A stretch of 64,000 nucleotides of DNA from Infirmifilum sp. GTDB taxonomy: Archaea; Thermoproteota; Thermoprotei; Thermofilales; Thermofilaceae. The notes beneath the pieces were generated by a model that saw only the letters and a list, made by a program, of their open reading frames with translations, was not told where the DNA came from and ran no database searches. Made by a program: the position numbers and the translations under genes. The stretch is from assembly GCA_041287245.1 (NCBI GenBank), contig JBEULP010000071.1:1-64000 (forward strand), in the 5' to 3' direction. How positions within the stretch are numbered: position 1 is the stretch's first letter; each line of letters starts with the position of its first letter. This document shows positions 50,556 to 59,178 of this stretch, in pieces.

Positions 50556-52376
50556 TTACCTGTAGCGCGGCCTTGTACTGAGGAAGCGAGGAAGCGTCGT
50601 GGTTATCATGGGGTATCCTTTAACGTCGCTTTTCAGCCTCTCTATGAGCTCGTTCAAAGTCATCTCTTGTTGACCCACCCCTCTGATACGTACGCTGAGT
50701 TTTCCGGTTTCGGCCTCCCTCCTACCCACAGCAACGATGTATGGTATCCATTTTACCTCGGCATCTCTAACTCTCTTGCCAATACTCTCATCGCGATCAT
50801 CAACATCCACCCTGAACCCGTGCTTCTCAAGCTCTTCCGCGATGCTCTCAGCGTATGAGAGATACTCCTTCGTGAAGGGGATGAGCCTGACCTGGATGGG
50901 GGAAAGCCAAACTGGCAGTGAAGGTGTTTCGCCGCGCTTAGCTCTCTGGGCAGCAGTGTCGAAAACGGCGAATATGTATCGCTCGATCGAGCCGATAAGC
51001 GCCGTGTGAATGATGACTGGATATCTTCGCTGCCCGTTCTCATCAACGTAGGTAATCCCGAATCTTTCTGCATTGCCAAAGTCTATCTGGAAGGTGCCAA
51101 TCTCCCTTGGGCGGCCCAGCTCGTCTATTATGTTGTACTCAACGTTCAAAAACCAATAGTATTTGCCCTCTGGGACGAAGTGGAGTAAGACAGGCTTACC
51201 CTCCGCTTCTACAAGCTTTTTGAGGTATTCCTTGTTGCTTTCAAGAAATGACCTTGTAAGATTGTAGATGCTTACGTAGTCACGGTTTAGTTTTCTTATT
51301 TCCTCATAGATTTTCCCGTGAACCCTGAAAGACACATCCTTTGCCTCTTCCAAATCCTTACAAAAGATGTGAAGGTCAGGCATCGTAAACTTTCTTAGCC
51401 TGAAGCATAGAAGTAGCTCGCCCGGTTGTTCAAGTCGGTAGCTGTCAGCTATCTCAAGCATTCCCAGGGGGAGGTCCCTGTAGCTTATATCCCAGTCTTT
51501 TATCATCGCGAACTGCTGGTGGCACGCGGCGTACCTTAACACTAGTTTCTTCTCATCCACCTCGAATTGGTAGAGCCTATCACCGTACAGCTGGGCATGC
51601 TGCAATACAGGCCTGTGTTCAAGGTTGAAGGTGTTTGTGCCTCTAACTTTATACACGGGTATACCCAGGCTACGTGCGACCTGCCATGCATACTCGGCAA
51701 CCGCCTCCACCATTATCGTCGCCTCTGGGCCGTAGCGCATGTGCCCAAGGTCGCTCATAGGCTCCCACTCGAAGCCGAACTTCTTGCAGTACTCGAGGTA
51801 TTGGGGCTCTCCACCCTCGCGCCTGCGCTTAAACACCTCCGCTTCTAGCAGGGCGATGAAATTCTCCGGCAGGTCGTCGGGGAGCTCCTCTATAGAGAGA
51901 ACCCTCCCATCCGGGTACATAACGGCGAAGTCCTCGAAGCTCCTCTTCGTGGGCTCGCTGGGTCTTATGCTTCGCGAAAGCTCAGAGAGCGGGTGACCAT
52001 AACAGTCAAGTGTGAAGCGCTTATACCATCCGAACGGCGCGCGAGAAACCTTGAACCCCCTTTGAGCTAACTGCGACTCTATAGACTTTAAAATGGGCAG
52101 TGCTTCTTCAGAGTCAGCCAGGTTCTCGGATAGATGGGCATAGGGATATACCACGACCTGGTTAGCCTTGACCCTTGAGAAAACATCTACTATTTCATTA
52201 ATGGCCCTAGCCACGACTGTTGGGTCGCTCGAGTCGCCCTTCTCAACGGTTATGAAAGCTACAAGCGCGTTCTGGGCTTTGCCAGCCTTGTGATCCCCCA
52301 GCTCTTCAGCCCCCTCGAAGGCTTTTTCACGTGCTTCGTATTCGAATTCCCGAGCATGGATAAGGAGTATCTTCAA
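50556..52376 (-). CDS. thrS: Threonine--tRNA ligase (archaeal, N-terminal editing domain)
   Basis: MKILLIH, YPYAHLS, RAPFGWYK, GHPLSELSR, LRYAAC, GSIER. Confidence 0.96.
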   Translation of the reverse strand: MKILLIHAREFEYEAREKAFEGAEELGDHKAGKAQNALVAFITVEKGDSSDPTVVARAINEIVDVFSRVKANQVVVYPYAHLSENLADSEEALPILKSIESQLAQRGFKVSRAPFGWYKRFTLDCYGHPLSELSRSIRPSEPTKRSFEDFAVMYPDGRVLSIEELPDDLPENFIALLEAEVFKRRREGGEPQYLEYCKKFGFEWEPMSDLGHMRYGPEATIMVEAVAEYAWQVARSLGIPVYKVRGTNTFNLEHRPVLQHAQLYGDRLYQFEVDEKKLVLRYAACHQQFAMIKDWDISYRDLPLGMLEIADSYRLEQPGELLLCFRLRKFTMPDLHIFCKDLEEAKDVSFRVHGKIYEEIRKLNRDYVSIYNLTRSFLESNKEYLKKLVEAEGKPVLLHFVPEGKYYWFLNVEYNIIDELGRPREIGTFQIDFGNAERFGITYVDENGQRRYPVIIHTALIGSIERYIFAVFDTAAQRAKRGETPSLPVWLSPIQVRLIPFTKEYLSYAESIAEELEKHGFRVDVDDRDESIGKRVRDAEVKWIPYIVAVGRREAETGKLSVRIRGVGQQEMTLNELIERLKSDVKGYPMITTTLPRFLSTRPRYR

Positions 52377-52429
52377 ATTCTACACCTTGTACAGAATTAT
52401 AAGGGTTTAAATTAAACATATTCCTCATG

Positions 52430-52771
52430 TTACTCTAGGTCGTTCACCCTAGCACCCAGCTTCTTCAACTTGTCTCGGAGCTTGCCGTAGACTTGCTGAT
52501 CCAGAACTTTAGCTTCCTCTTCTATTGAGAAGTCTTCTTCGGCCTTCTTCGGTTGAGTCATTTCGAGCTTCAGCTTGCATGTGCCATCGGGTAGCAAGGC
52601 GTGCTTCGCACATCCTGAATACTGGCACTTGTAACCGATGCATGCGTCACCGGTCCAGGTGCAGAAAGCCTCAAGCCCTCTCTTTGTACGCCTGTATATG
52701 AGCGCGTTCTTATAGCATGTAAAAGCCTTGAAGGGGCAGAGTGGGGAACAACTTACATCGTTTTTTTGCAT
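52430..52771 (-). CDS. Cys-rich hypothetical protein
   Basis: Eight Cys in the first ~65 aa; charged tail. Confidence 0.72.
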   Translation of the reverse strand: MQKNDVSCSPLCPFKAFTCYKNALIYRRTKRGLEAFCTWTGDACIGYKCQYSGCAKHALLPDGTCKLKLEMTQPKKAEEDFSIEEEAKVLDQQVYGKLRDKLKKLGARVNDLE

Positions 52772-52810
52772 AAAATTCCCCGCATTGCACTAAAACACTC
52801 TACACAGAGG

Positions 52811-53749
52811 TTATTGAACTTTACTCTCCGTATCTCGAAAACCAGTTAGGTTGAGGGGCTCATGCCCTTGGGATATGAGAAAATCATTTAACTCCTTGAG
52901 GGTGGGCGAGGCGTGGGCGCCTACACGGGTTGACTTTATAGCGCCGGCGGCATTTGCTGCAAGCAGGCATTTTTCTAGCGGTTGTCCGAGCTTCCAACAG
53001 ACGAGAAAGGCCGCGTTGAAAGCATCGCCCGCTCCGGTAGTGTCAGAAACATTGACGTGAAAGGCTGGTACAGCTAGCCCAAGAGGTGGAATCCTTGAAC
53101 CTTTCTCGCCCTCCTTGACGACTAGTAGCCCGTGATAATAGTTTTGGAGCGTTTCACCTCCTAGCGCCTGGTACTCGCGCTGGTTTACTAGTAGAACGTC
53201 TGTCACCTCTAAAACTTCCTTTATATAATTGATGCCTTTAGCCGCTATCGCCATACCCGGATCATAGCTTGTAGTTAATCCCCTGGTCTTAGCATGCCTG
53301 AAAGCCCAGGCAGAGTATTCAGGTTTTGTACTACTAAGGTGAAGGTGGCTCACCTCGGCGAGTACCGTTTCTAGCTGTACGATGCCTGGTGCTAGATCAA
53401 GGTTTGCGCCTCTAACCGCAACCATTGCCCTGTTGCCTTGGGAGTCAAGTAACACAAGTACACGGCCTGTAGGCTTATCCGACCTTAACACCCACTTTGT
53501 TGACGCGCCCTCACGCTCAAGAGAGTTTATTATAAATTCTCCCTGCTGGTCCCGTCCGACAACCCCTATGAAGCATACGCTAACTCCCAGCCGTGCCATA
53601 GCTACAGCCACGTTAGTAGCAGCGCCTCCAACTCGTTGGAAGAAATCCTTAGCTTCCTGTGCCTCGTCGGCCTTCGGAATCTGGTCTACTAGGTAGTACT
53701 CGTCTATGCTTGCGTTTCCAGATACTGCAAAAACAATAGATTGTCTCAC
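52811..53749 (-). CDS. PfkB/ribokinase-family carbohydrate or nucleoside kinase
   Basis: GGAATNVA, NQREY, DTTGAGDAF. Confidence 0.92.
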   Translation of the reverse strand: MRQSIVFAVSGNASIDEYYLVDQIPKADEAQEAKDFFQRVGGAATNVAVAMARLGVSVCFIGVVGRDQQGEFIINSLEREGASTKWVLRSDKPTGRVLVLLDSQGNRAMVAVRGANLDLAPGIVQLETVLAEVSHLHLSSTKPEYSAWAFRHAKTRGLTTSYDPGMAIAAKGINYIKEVLEVTDVLLVNQREYQALGGETLQNYYHGLLVVKEGEKGSRIPPLGLAVPAFHVNVSDTTGAGDAFNAAFLVCWKLGQPLEKCLLAANAAGAIKSTRVGAHASPTLKELNDFLISQGHEPLNLTGFRDTESKVQ

Positions 53750-53969
53750 ATATTTTAAAGGATTAAACGATTTTTTATTTTTGCTGGGCTAAGACAGTTA
53801 ATCCTCCTCGTAGCTCGGAAAGTTGAGAGTAAACCGATATTTATGCTCTAAGCTGCCCCCTGCCGATATCGAGTAACGCGTGCGAGTGAAGAGCGGCGCC
53901 CACACACCTCAAGGGTGCGGGGAACAAAAATATAACGAGGCTAGCAAATCTGGTAATTAGGGAGTTAGT

Positions 53970-54530
53970 TTGGGCGAAGATGCGAAAAAATTGGCGGAGA
54001 TAAAGGAATACTTAGAACGAAGACTAGACGAGCTGCGCAGGGAGCAACAGTACATAGAGGAAGTATTGAAAATGGTGAACCAGGCTTTGTCTTCGGCGAG
54101 TTTTATAAGAGCGTCAGAGCTTGTCGCTAAGCCTCAGCCGGCTGTAGAGGCGAAGCCCGCACCGGTGCAAAAGGAGAAGGGGGCTCTGCTGGAGGAGGCG
54201 CTTGTAACCGCTGCTTCGACTGGCGAGCACCTGGCTAGGGTCTTTGTATACCCTGACACCGTTGAAATCGTCTTCCTCAAGGAAATGCAGGCATCTACTC
54301 CCCCCTTCGAGTCGTTCTTTGTGCGGAAGGTTCTCGAGGGCTATAAGAGGAAAGATGAAGATCTAGTCGCAAAGGGGGAGAAGTCTCCCGATGAGGTTTT
54401 CGACTATGAGGTTGTCGATGAGAACGGGGTTTTAAAAAAGGTCGTAATAAGGAACTACGGGGATAGAAAAGCGGTAAACGAGATAAAAAGCACTTTGCGG
54501 TGGACCCTTAACAAGATGCTGTCTAGATAG
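53970..54530 (+). CDS. Hypothetical protein (N-terminal coiled coil and globular domain)
   Basis: 186-aa ORF with TTG start, upstream GGGAG and TATA-like element. Confidence 0.75.
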   Translation: MGEDAKKLAEIKEYLERRLDELRREQQYIEEVLKMVNQALSSASFIRASELVAKPQPAVEAKPAPVQKEKGALLEEALVTAASTGEHLARVFVYPDTVEIVFLKEMQASTPPFESFFVRKVLEGYKRKDEDLVAKGEKSPDEVFDYEVVDENGVLKKVVIRNYGDRKAVNEIKSTLRWTLNKMLSR

Positions 54531-54538
54531 ACACAAAC

Positions 54539-56344
54539 CTATTCTTGAACAACAGTTTTCCTCTGGGATTTATACATCTCTACCAGCTCTGCTTCTGTCG
54601 TAGCCTGCTCCGGTTTCTTGTCAAACCTGAAGCGTCCCGTAAACCTAGGGAACCTGATTGCAAGCCCCGAGTCCGGCTCGATCTTGCCTAAGGCGCACGT
54701 ATGTAGAGGACTTAACGTGATCTCAGCGCCGATCAACTCCAGTACAACAGCGGGGACAAACCAGACGTCAGCATCTAGCTTCGACACGACACGGGGGTGT
54801 CTATGCGGGATGCGATAGGGTTCTAAGAGTTTGGGAAGGTTTGCAAGATCCTCATCGGTGAAGCCAGAGCCGACCTTGCACACAGTCTTGAAGGTATCGC
54901 TTTCAGGATCATATGCCGCCATGAGTAGGGCGCCGAAGGTTCCAGCTCTCTTCCCCCTGCCGTGAAAGCCGCCGACGACGACTAGGTCGACCGTGTCGGT
55001 CATCTCCATCCTGTAGTCTCGCTTGAATTTTATCCATAGCCAGCCTCGGGCGCCCATCTGGTACACGCTTTCTGCCGAGGTTGACTTACACATTACTCCT
55101 TCGCAGCCTTCGCTTATCGCCTCCTCGAAGAATAGCATGAGATCTTTAACGTTATTGACAAGCTTCGCCTTAGAGAGCAATACATTCTCATTATCTTCAG
55201 GCCTTAGAGACTCGAGTATCTTCCTCCTCTCTGGGAGGGGCTTTTCGATAAGCTCTTCAGAGTTCAGGTATACGATGTCGAAGAGATAGACTCGGACGGG
55301 GTATTCCTCCATCGCCTTCTTCACATCATATTTTCTCCTGCGGTGCATGAGCTCTTGAAAGGGTAGCATGTCTCCAGTATCCGGGTTGTACGCAACGATT
55401 TCACCCTCGACGATAAACTCCTCCGCTTTCAGGGTTAGCATGTAGTTCACAACGTCCGGGTAGTGGCTCGTTATGTTTTCAAGCCTCCTGCTGAAGAGCC
55501 AGACCTTGTCCCCCTTTCTATGCGCCTGAACCCTCTCACCATCATACTTGTACTCAGCTAAACACTCTCCTCCCAGCTTCTCCAATATCTCAGCAGGGTC
55601 GCTGAGCCTCTCGGCGAGCATGGGGAGAATTGGAACCCCAACCTCCATCCTGATGTTTTTTATGGCTTCTATACCCTTTGTTGCAAGCACCACGGCTATA
55701 AACCCGAGGTCTGGTCTCTTCGTATACGCCCTTTCAAGGGTCTCACGCGTGGACTTCGACCCCGTGAACGCAACCGCTAAGGCGTCCAATATTGTCATGT
55801 CGGCTATTCCCAGCCTTAGCCTGCCTGCGACCGTACGTACTATGTACTTCGCCTCCTTGGGCTTAGCATCGCTCAGCAGGCCTGCGAGAGTGTTTATCTT
55901 GGTGTCCTGGCTGCCTTCACCGGTTGCAAGGGCTATCTTCATAAGAGAATTATACACCTCAGAGACGGTAAGTTCCCTCTTAACACCCTCCTCGCCAATG
56001 AAGCCCAGGAGACTGGATGACTGCTTGGGCTTAGATAGGAGTTGCTCAGCTACAATACCCGGATCACCTGTCTTTTTATATAACTCCTCTACTGTCTTCA
56101 GAGAAACCCCACTAGCCTTTGAAATGGCCCTTAGGGTAAGCTTCTCGGCGACTCCCAGTTCGACTCCCTCGTAGTCGGGCCGCAACTGCCCTTGGGTGAG
56201 GTAGATAACCTTGTCCAAGACGCTCAAGGGCGTCTTCTTAAATAGTGTGACAAGGTAGTCGGTCATAGCTAGCCTGCTGCTTGTCGCCTCTATCTTCTCG
56301 TAAAATTCGACTAGAACACTGTATGGTAGGTCGTTTTGCTCCAT
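54539..56344 (-). CDS. lig: ATP-dependent DNA ligase
   Basis: EYKYDGER, EGEIV, EGVMCK, WIKFKRDY, RFPRF. Confidence 0.97.
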   Translation of the reverse strand: MEQNDLPYSVLVEFYEKIEATSSRLAMTDYLVTLFKKTPLSVLDKVIYLTQGQLRPDYEGVELGVAEKLTLRAISKASGVSLKTVEELYKKTGDPGIVAEQLLSKPKQSSSLLGFIGEEGVKRELTVSEVYNSLMKIALATGEGSQDTKINTLAGLLSDAKPKEAKYIVRTVAGRLRLGIADMTILDALAVAFTGSKSTRETLERAYTKRPDLGFIAVVLATKGIEAIKNIRMEVGVPILPMLAERLSDPAEILEKLGGECLAEYKYDGERVQAHRKGDKVWLFSRRLENITSHYPDVVNYMLTLKAEEFIVEGEIVAYNPDTGDMLPFQELMHRRRKYDVKKAMEEYPVRVYLFDIVYLNSEELIEKPLPERRKILESLRPEDNENVLLSKAKLVNNVKDLMLFFEEAISEGCEGVMCKSTSAESVYQMGARGWLWIKFKRDYRMEMTDTVDLVVVGGFHGRGKRAGTFGALLMAAYDPESDTFKTVCKVGSGFTDEDLANLPKLLEPYRIPHRHPRVVSKLDADVWFVPAVVLELIGAEITLSPLHTCALGKIEPDSGLAIRFPRFTGRFRFDKKPEQATTEAELVEMYKSQRKTVVQE

Positions 56345-56424
56345 ACCGCTCCTATATAATCACTTCAATCTTACGTTTAAAAGTTTGGCAGTCAGCTTAT
56401 CTGAAACCGCACCAGGAGGAAGTT

Positions 56425-57258
56425 CTAGGCTTTCGGTTTTCTTCTCCCACAAGGAGGGTTCGTCGGGTCTGGAACAGTGACGTGAAGCAGCTTACACCTG
56501 TTCTTGACCTGGTCGTAGAATATGCAGGTGAAGCAGGTTCCAGCAGCAGCGGTAGGTGGTGGCTGGGGGGTTCGCTGAACCTGTTCCTGTGTTTGGGGTT
56601 GTGGAGGCGTCTTGATGGGCTGGGGCTTCTGCTCCGTAACGGGTGGCTTTACTGGGGGTTGAGGCGTCGGGTAATGTTGAGGGGGCTGGCCAGCCTTTCT
56701 CGGCGGAGGGGTTGTGGGGCCAGGTTTAGCTGGTTTTATGGGTTTTTCCTCTATTTCGACGGGTGCCAGCTCGATGGGGGGTGTTTCCTCAGGGGGTTGT
56801 TGGGAAATAGGTGGCTGCTGAGGTTTCCTCTGTACCGGCTGCAAGAGTGACTGTTGCACGACTGGCTGCTCTTCCTCTTGAATTTCAATGGGAGGGGCCT
56901 TGACGGGGGGTTCGATTGGTGTTATACGTGCTAGATCCGGGGAGAGGCCCTGTAGTAGGAGTTTTATCTCCTCCCTGCCGAGGTACCTGCCTTCAATTGT
57001 TTTTTCACCGTCGACGATAACAGCTGGCAGCGATTTGATATCATACTTTTTAAACTCTGCGACGTAGACGCCTCCAAAGAGCTCCTCTAGGCTCGCGAGC
57101 CAATCCTGGTATTTTGAGGGGTCTTTTAGGTTTAACAGCCTTATAACGAGGCGTGGGCGCTCGTTTTTAGGGATTGTGTTTAGCTCTGCTTTAAAGGTTT
57201 CAAGCATCTGTTGTGCCTCAGGGGTGCGCGGGAGGAAGATCTTAATCTCTTTGACCAC
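56425..57258 (-). CDS. Thioredoxin-like N-domain, Pro/Gln-rich linker and C-terminal Cys4 module
   Basis: YDIKSLPAVIVDG; long P/Q-rich tract; CFTCIFYD...RC...PPC. Confidence 0.75.
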   Translation of the reverse strand: MVKEIKIFLPRTPEAQQMLETFKAELNTIPKNERPRLVIRLLNLKDPSKYQDWLASLEELFGGVYVAEFKKYDIKSLPAVIVDGEKTIEGRYLGREEIKLLLQGLSPDLARITPIEPPVKAPPIEIQEEEQPVVQQSLLQPVQRKPQQPPISQQPPEETPPIELAPVEIEEKPIKPAKPGPTTPPPRKAGQPPQHYPTPQPPVKPPVTEQKPQPIKTPPQPQTQEQVQRTPQPPPTAAAGTCFTCIFYDQVKNRCKLLHVTVPDPTNPPCGRRKPKA

Positions 57259-57346
57259 CTAGCCCACCATTAGACCTGTTTTTCTCTTCGAAGAACATAA
57301 TAATTAAGTTATCTTTCCAGTTATTCATTGTGAAAAACTGGGATTT

Positions 57347-57994
57347 TCATCCTGGGATGATTTCAAGTATCCTCTCGGTAACCTCCCCCCTTGGCACAAC
57401 CTCTACGAATATTTGGGCTTGGAAGGTATAAACCCTTAGCTTACCGCTTCTCCAGAAGTCCTCGGGCAGCCCGGCTTTTAGGCAGGCATAGCTTAAAAAC
57501 TCTCCCACGTCCCATCCTTCCTCTACAGGAACCTGTGGGAGAAGAAGCCCCCTGGCCATGCCGTACTCGACGAGCAGCCCGTCCCGCCCGACCTTAACCT
57601 TGTCTAAAAGATCCCGGTAATCATCGTATACCACCTGCTCTGGTTTGGAGAGCACGCTCACCTCGATGACAACCTCGTCTAGCTCGCGGGGGGTGAGAGG
57701 TGGGAACCTTGGGTCCTCTGTAGCAGCTGCTATTGCTGATCGTATGGTAGCCTCGGCGAGCGGGAATAGCGGCTCTGGATAACCGATACAACCCCTCAGC
57801 TCACGCTTAGCCTGTCTCGTGACAGGGTTGACGGATATCTTTTCGAGGGTAACGAAGACCCCCGAGTTCTTCATAAGCCTTTCAGGGGTGTTTGGCGGGG
57901 GCTCAATGATTACAGCCCTCTCCAAGTATTCCTCAACGGCTCTCCGTGCAAGCTTGACGAGAAAAGCCCCTTCCTCAACAGACAACTTTTCCAT
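57347..57994 (-). CDS. AMMECR1-domain protein (TIGR00296-like)
   Basis: GVFVTL, LRGCIG, DPRF, LLPQV, CLKAGL. Confidence 0.93.
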   Translation of the reverse strand: MEKLSVEEGAFLVKLARRAVEEYLERAVIIEPPPNTPERLMKNSGVFVTLEKISVNPVTRQAKRELRGCIGYPEPLFPLAEATIRSAIAAATEDPRFPPLTPRELDEVVIEVSVLSKPEQVVYDDYRDLLDKVKVGRDGLLVEYGMARGLLLPQVPVEEGWDVGEFLSYACLKAGLPEDFWRSGKLRVYTFQAQIFVEVVPRGEVTERILEIIPG

Positions 57995-58478
57995 AAATTA
58001 TCCACCTCACCCTCTCAAGTTTTTTCTCGATTTCTGTTATATGCGTGCCTAGCCAATAAACTTGTCCACACCCCTTGCAGAGGTAGAATTCACGGTATGT
58101 CTCCAAGACCCTCTCAGGGACCTTACCCACAACCTCAGAAGGCTCGACCCTTATGAGTTGAGAACCGCAGATAGAGCAAAGCGCTTTCTCAGGCTTGAAG
58201 AAGGGCTCGACCTTCAGTCGCTCTAGCACCCATGCTAGAACATCATCCTCACTACCGCCTGGGACTAAAATAGAGCTGAACCCCCTCCTCCTTAGAATAA
58301 CGTGTAGCGTCTTGTCACGTGTCAGGAGGATGGAGCCGGGATTATTTTGCAGAATCCTCAGGAGCTCCTCGTCGCCCACGCCCGAGTAGTACTCAGTCTG
58401 GACGCCTAGCATCCTGAGCCATCTTGAGAGCTTTCCGAGCATTCCGTCGAGTATAATCTTACCCAACTCTCGACACAC
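57975..58478 (-). CDS. Mut7-C RNase (PIN-like, DUF82) protein
   Basis: DGMLGKLSRWLRMLG, LLTRD, CSIC...CKGCGQVYWLGTH. Confidence 0.9.
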   Translation of the reverse strand: MCRELGKIILDGMLGKLSRWLRMLGVQTEYYSGVGDEELLRILQNNPGSILLTRDKTLHVILRRRGFSSILVPGGSEDDVLAWVLERLKVEPFFKPEKALCSICGSQLIRVEPSEVVGKVPERVLETYREFYLCKGCGQVYWLGTHITEIEKKLERVRWIIYGKVVC

Positions 58479-59178
58479 CTTTGTAGTGTTCTAAGATTCT
58501 CCGGAGGGAGGAAGCGTCTGAGAGCATAATTTTTTCCTCGTCTTCCAGTAGTAGGACAGAATATTGTTTCAAACTTTCCTTAGGGGAAAGCCTACGAAGA
58601 TCCTTTAGGGTTAAGAAGGAGCCCGCCACCTTCGCGACGGGCAAGTTGTCGTCTAGACTAGCTTCTCCCCTTTTAAGGAAGGCGTGATAGGCAAGATCTG
58701 CGGCGGTGATAACGTTCTCAACGTGCCCCCTGTGGCACACCGGTAGGGCTATTGCTCTAGTTTCGAGGAAAACCCTATAGGCCCTCCGGATAGTGGAGTT
58801 GCACTTGAGGCAGGGAAGCCTGTAGAGCCTGAGCTTGTCGACAAGCGTGTGAAGACTTAGACGCCCCTCGCTTAACAAGTAGAGTACTAGAGAGCGTGGA
58901 GTGTAGGCGGTGTTGTTTTTCCTCGAGATAAGGTAGTAGCCTTCTGCGACGCGGTTTAGGGCGACTGAGAAGCCTGGGGTGGAGTTGACAAAGGAGGTCT
59001 TGGCTCGAGGCTTGCCACGTAAGGCGTAGTATGGTAGGGAGTCAAGGGGTATGTACGAGTCGCCGATCCTGACGACAAGGCTCTGGAAAGCCTTTAGACG
59101 TAGCAGCTCGAAAGCCCGCTCGATCGTGTCAGCCTCCAAGATGATCTCGCCATAACTTGTCTTCAAGGCTTGACCCAC
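58459..59178 (-). CDS. Hypothetical protein with possible Zn site
   Basis: 239 aa, overlapping both neighbours; CLKC...CHRGH. Confidence 0.65.
   Translation of the reverse strand: MGQALKTSYGEIILEADTIERAFELLRLKAFQSLVVRIGDSYIPLDSLPYYALRGKPRAKTSFVNSTPGFSVALNRVAEGYYLISRKNNTAYTPRSLVLYLLSEGRLSLHTLVDKLRLYRLPCLKCNSTIRRAYRVFLETRAIALPVCHRGHVENVITAADLAYHAFLKRGEASLDDNLPVAKVAGSFLTLKDLRRLSPKESLKQYSVLLLEDEEKIMLSDASSLRRILEHYKGVSRVG

Noticed and set aside
56281..56850. 189-aa Gly/Trp/Leu-rich plus-strand ORF
   Set aside because: Antisense of the Pro/Gln-rich linker, which lacks stops by composition.
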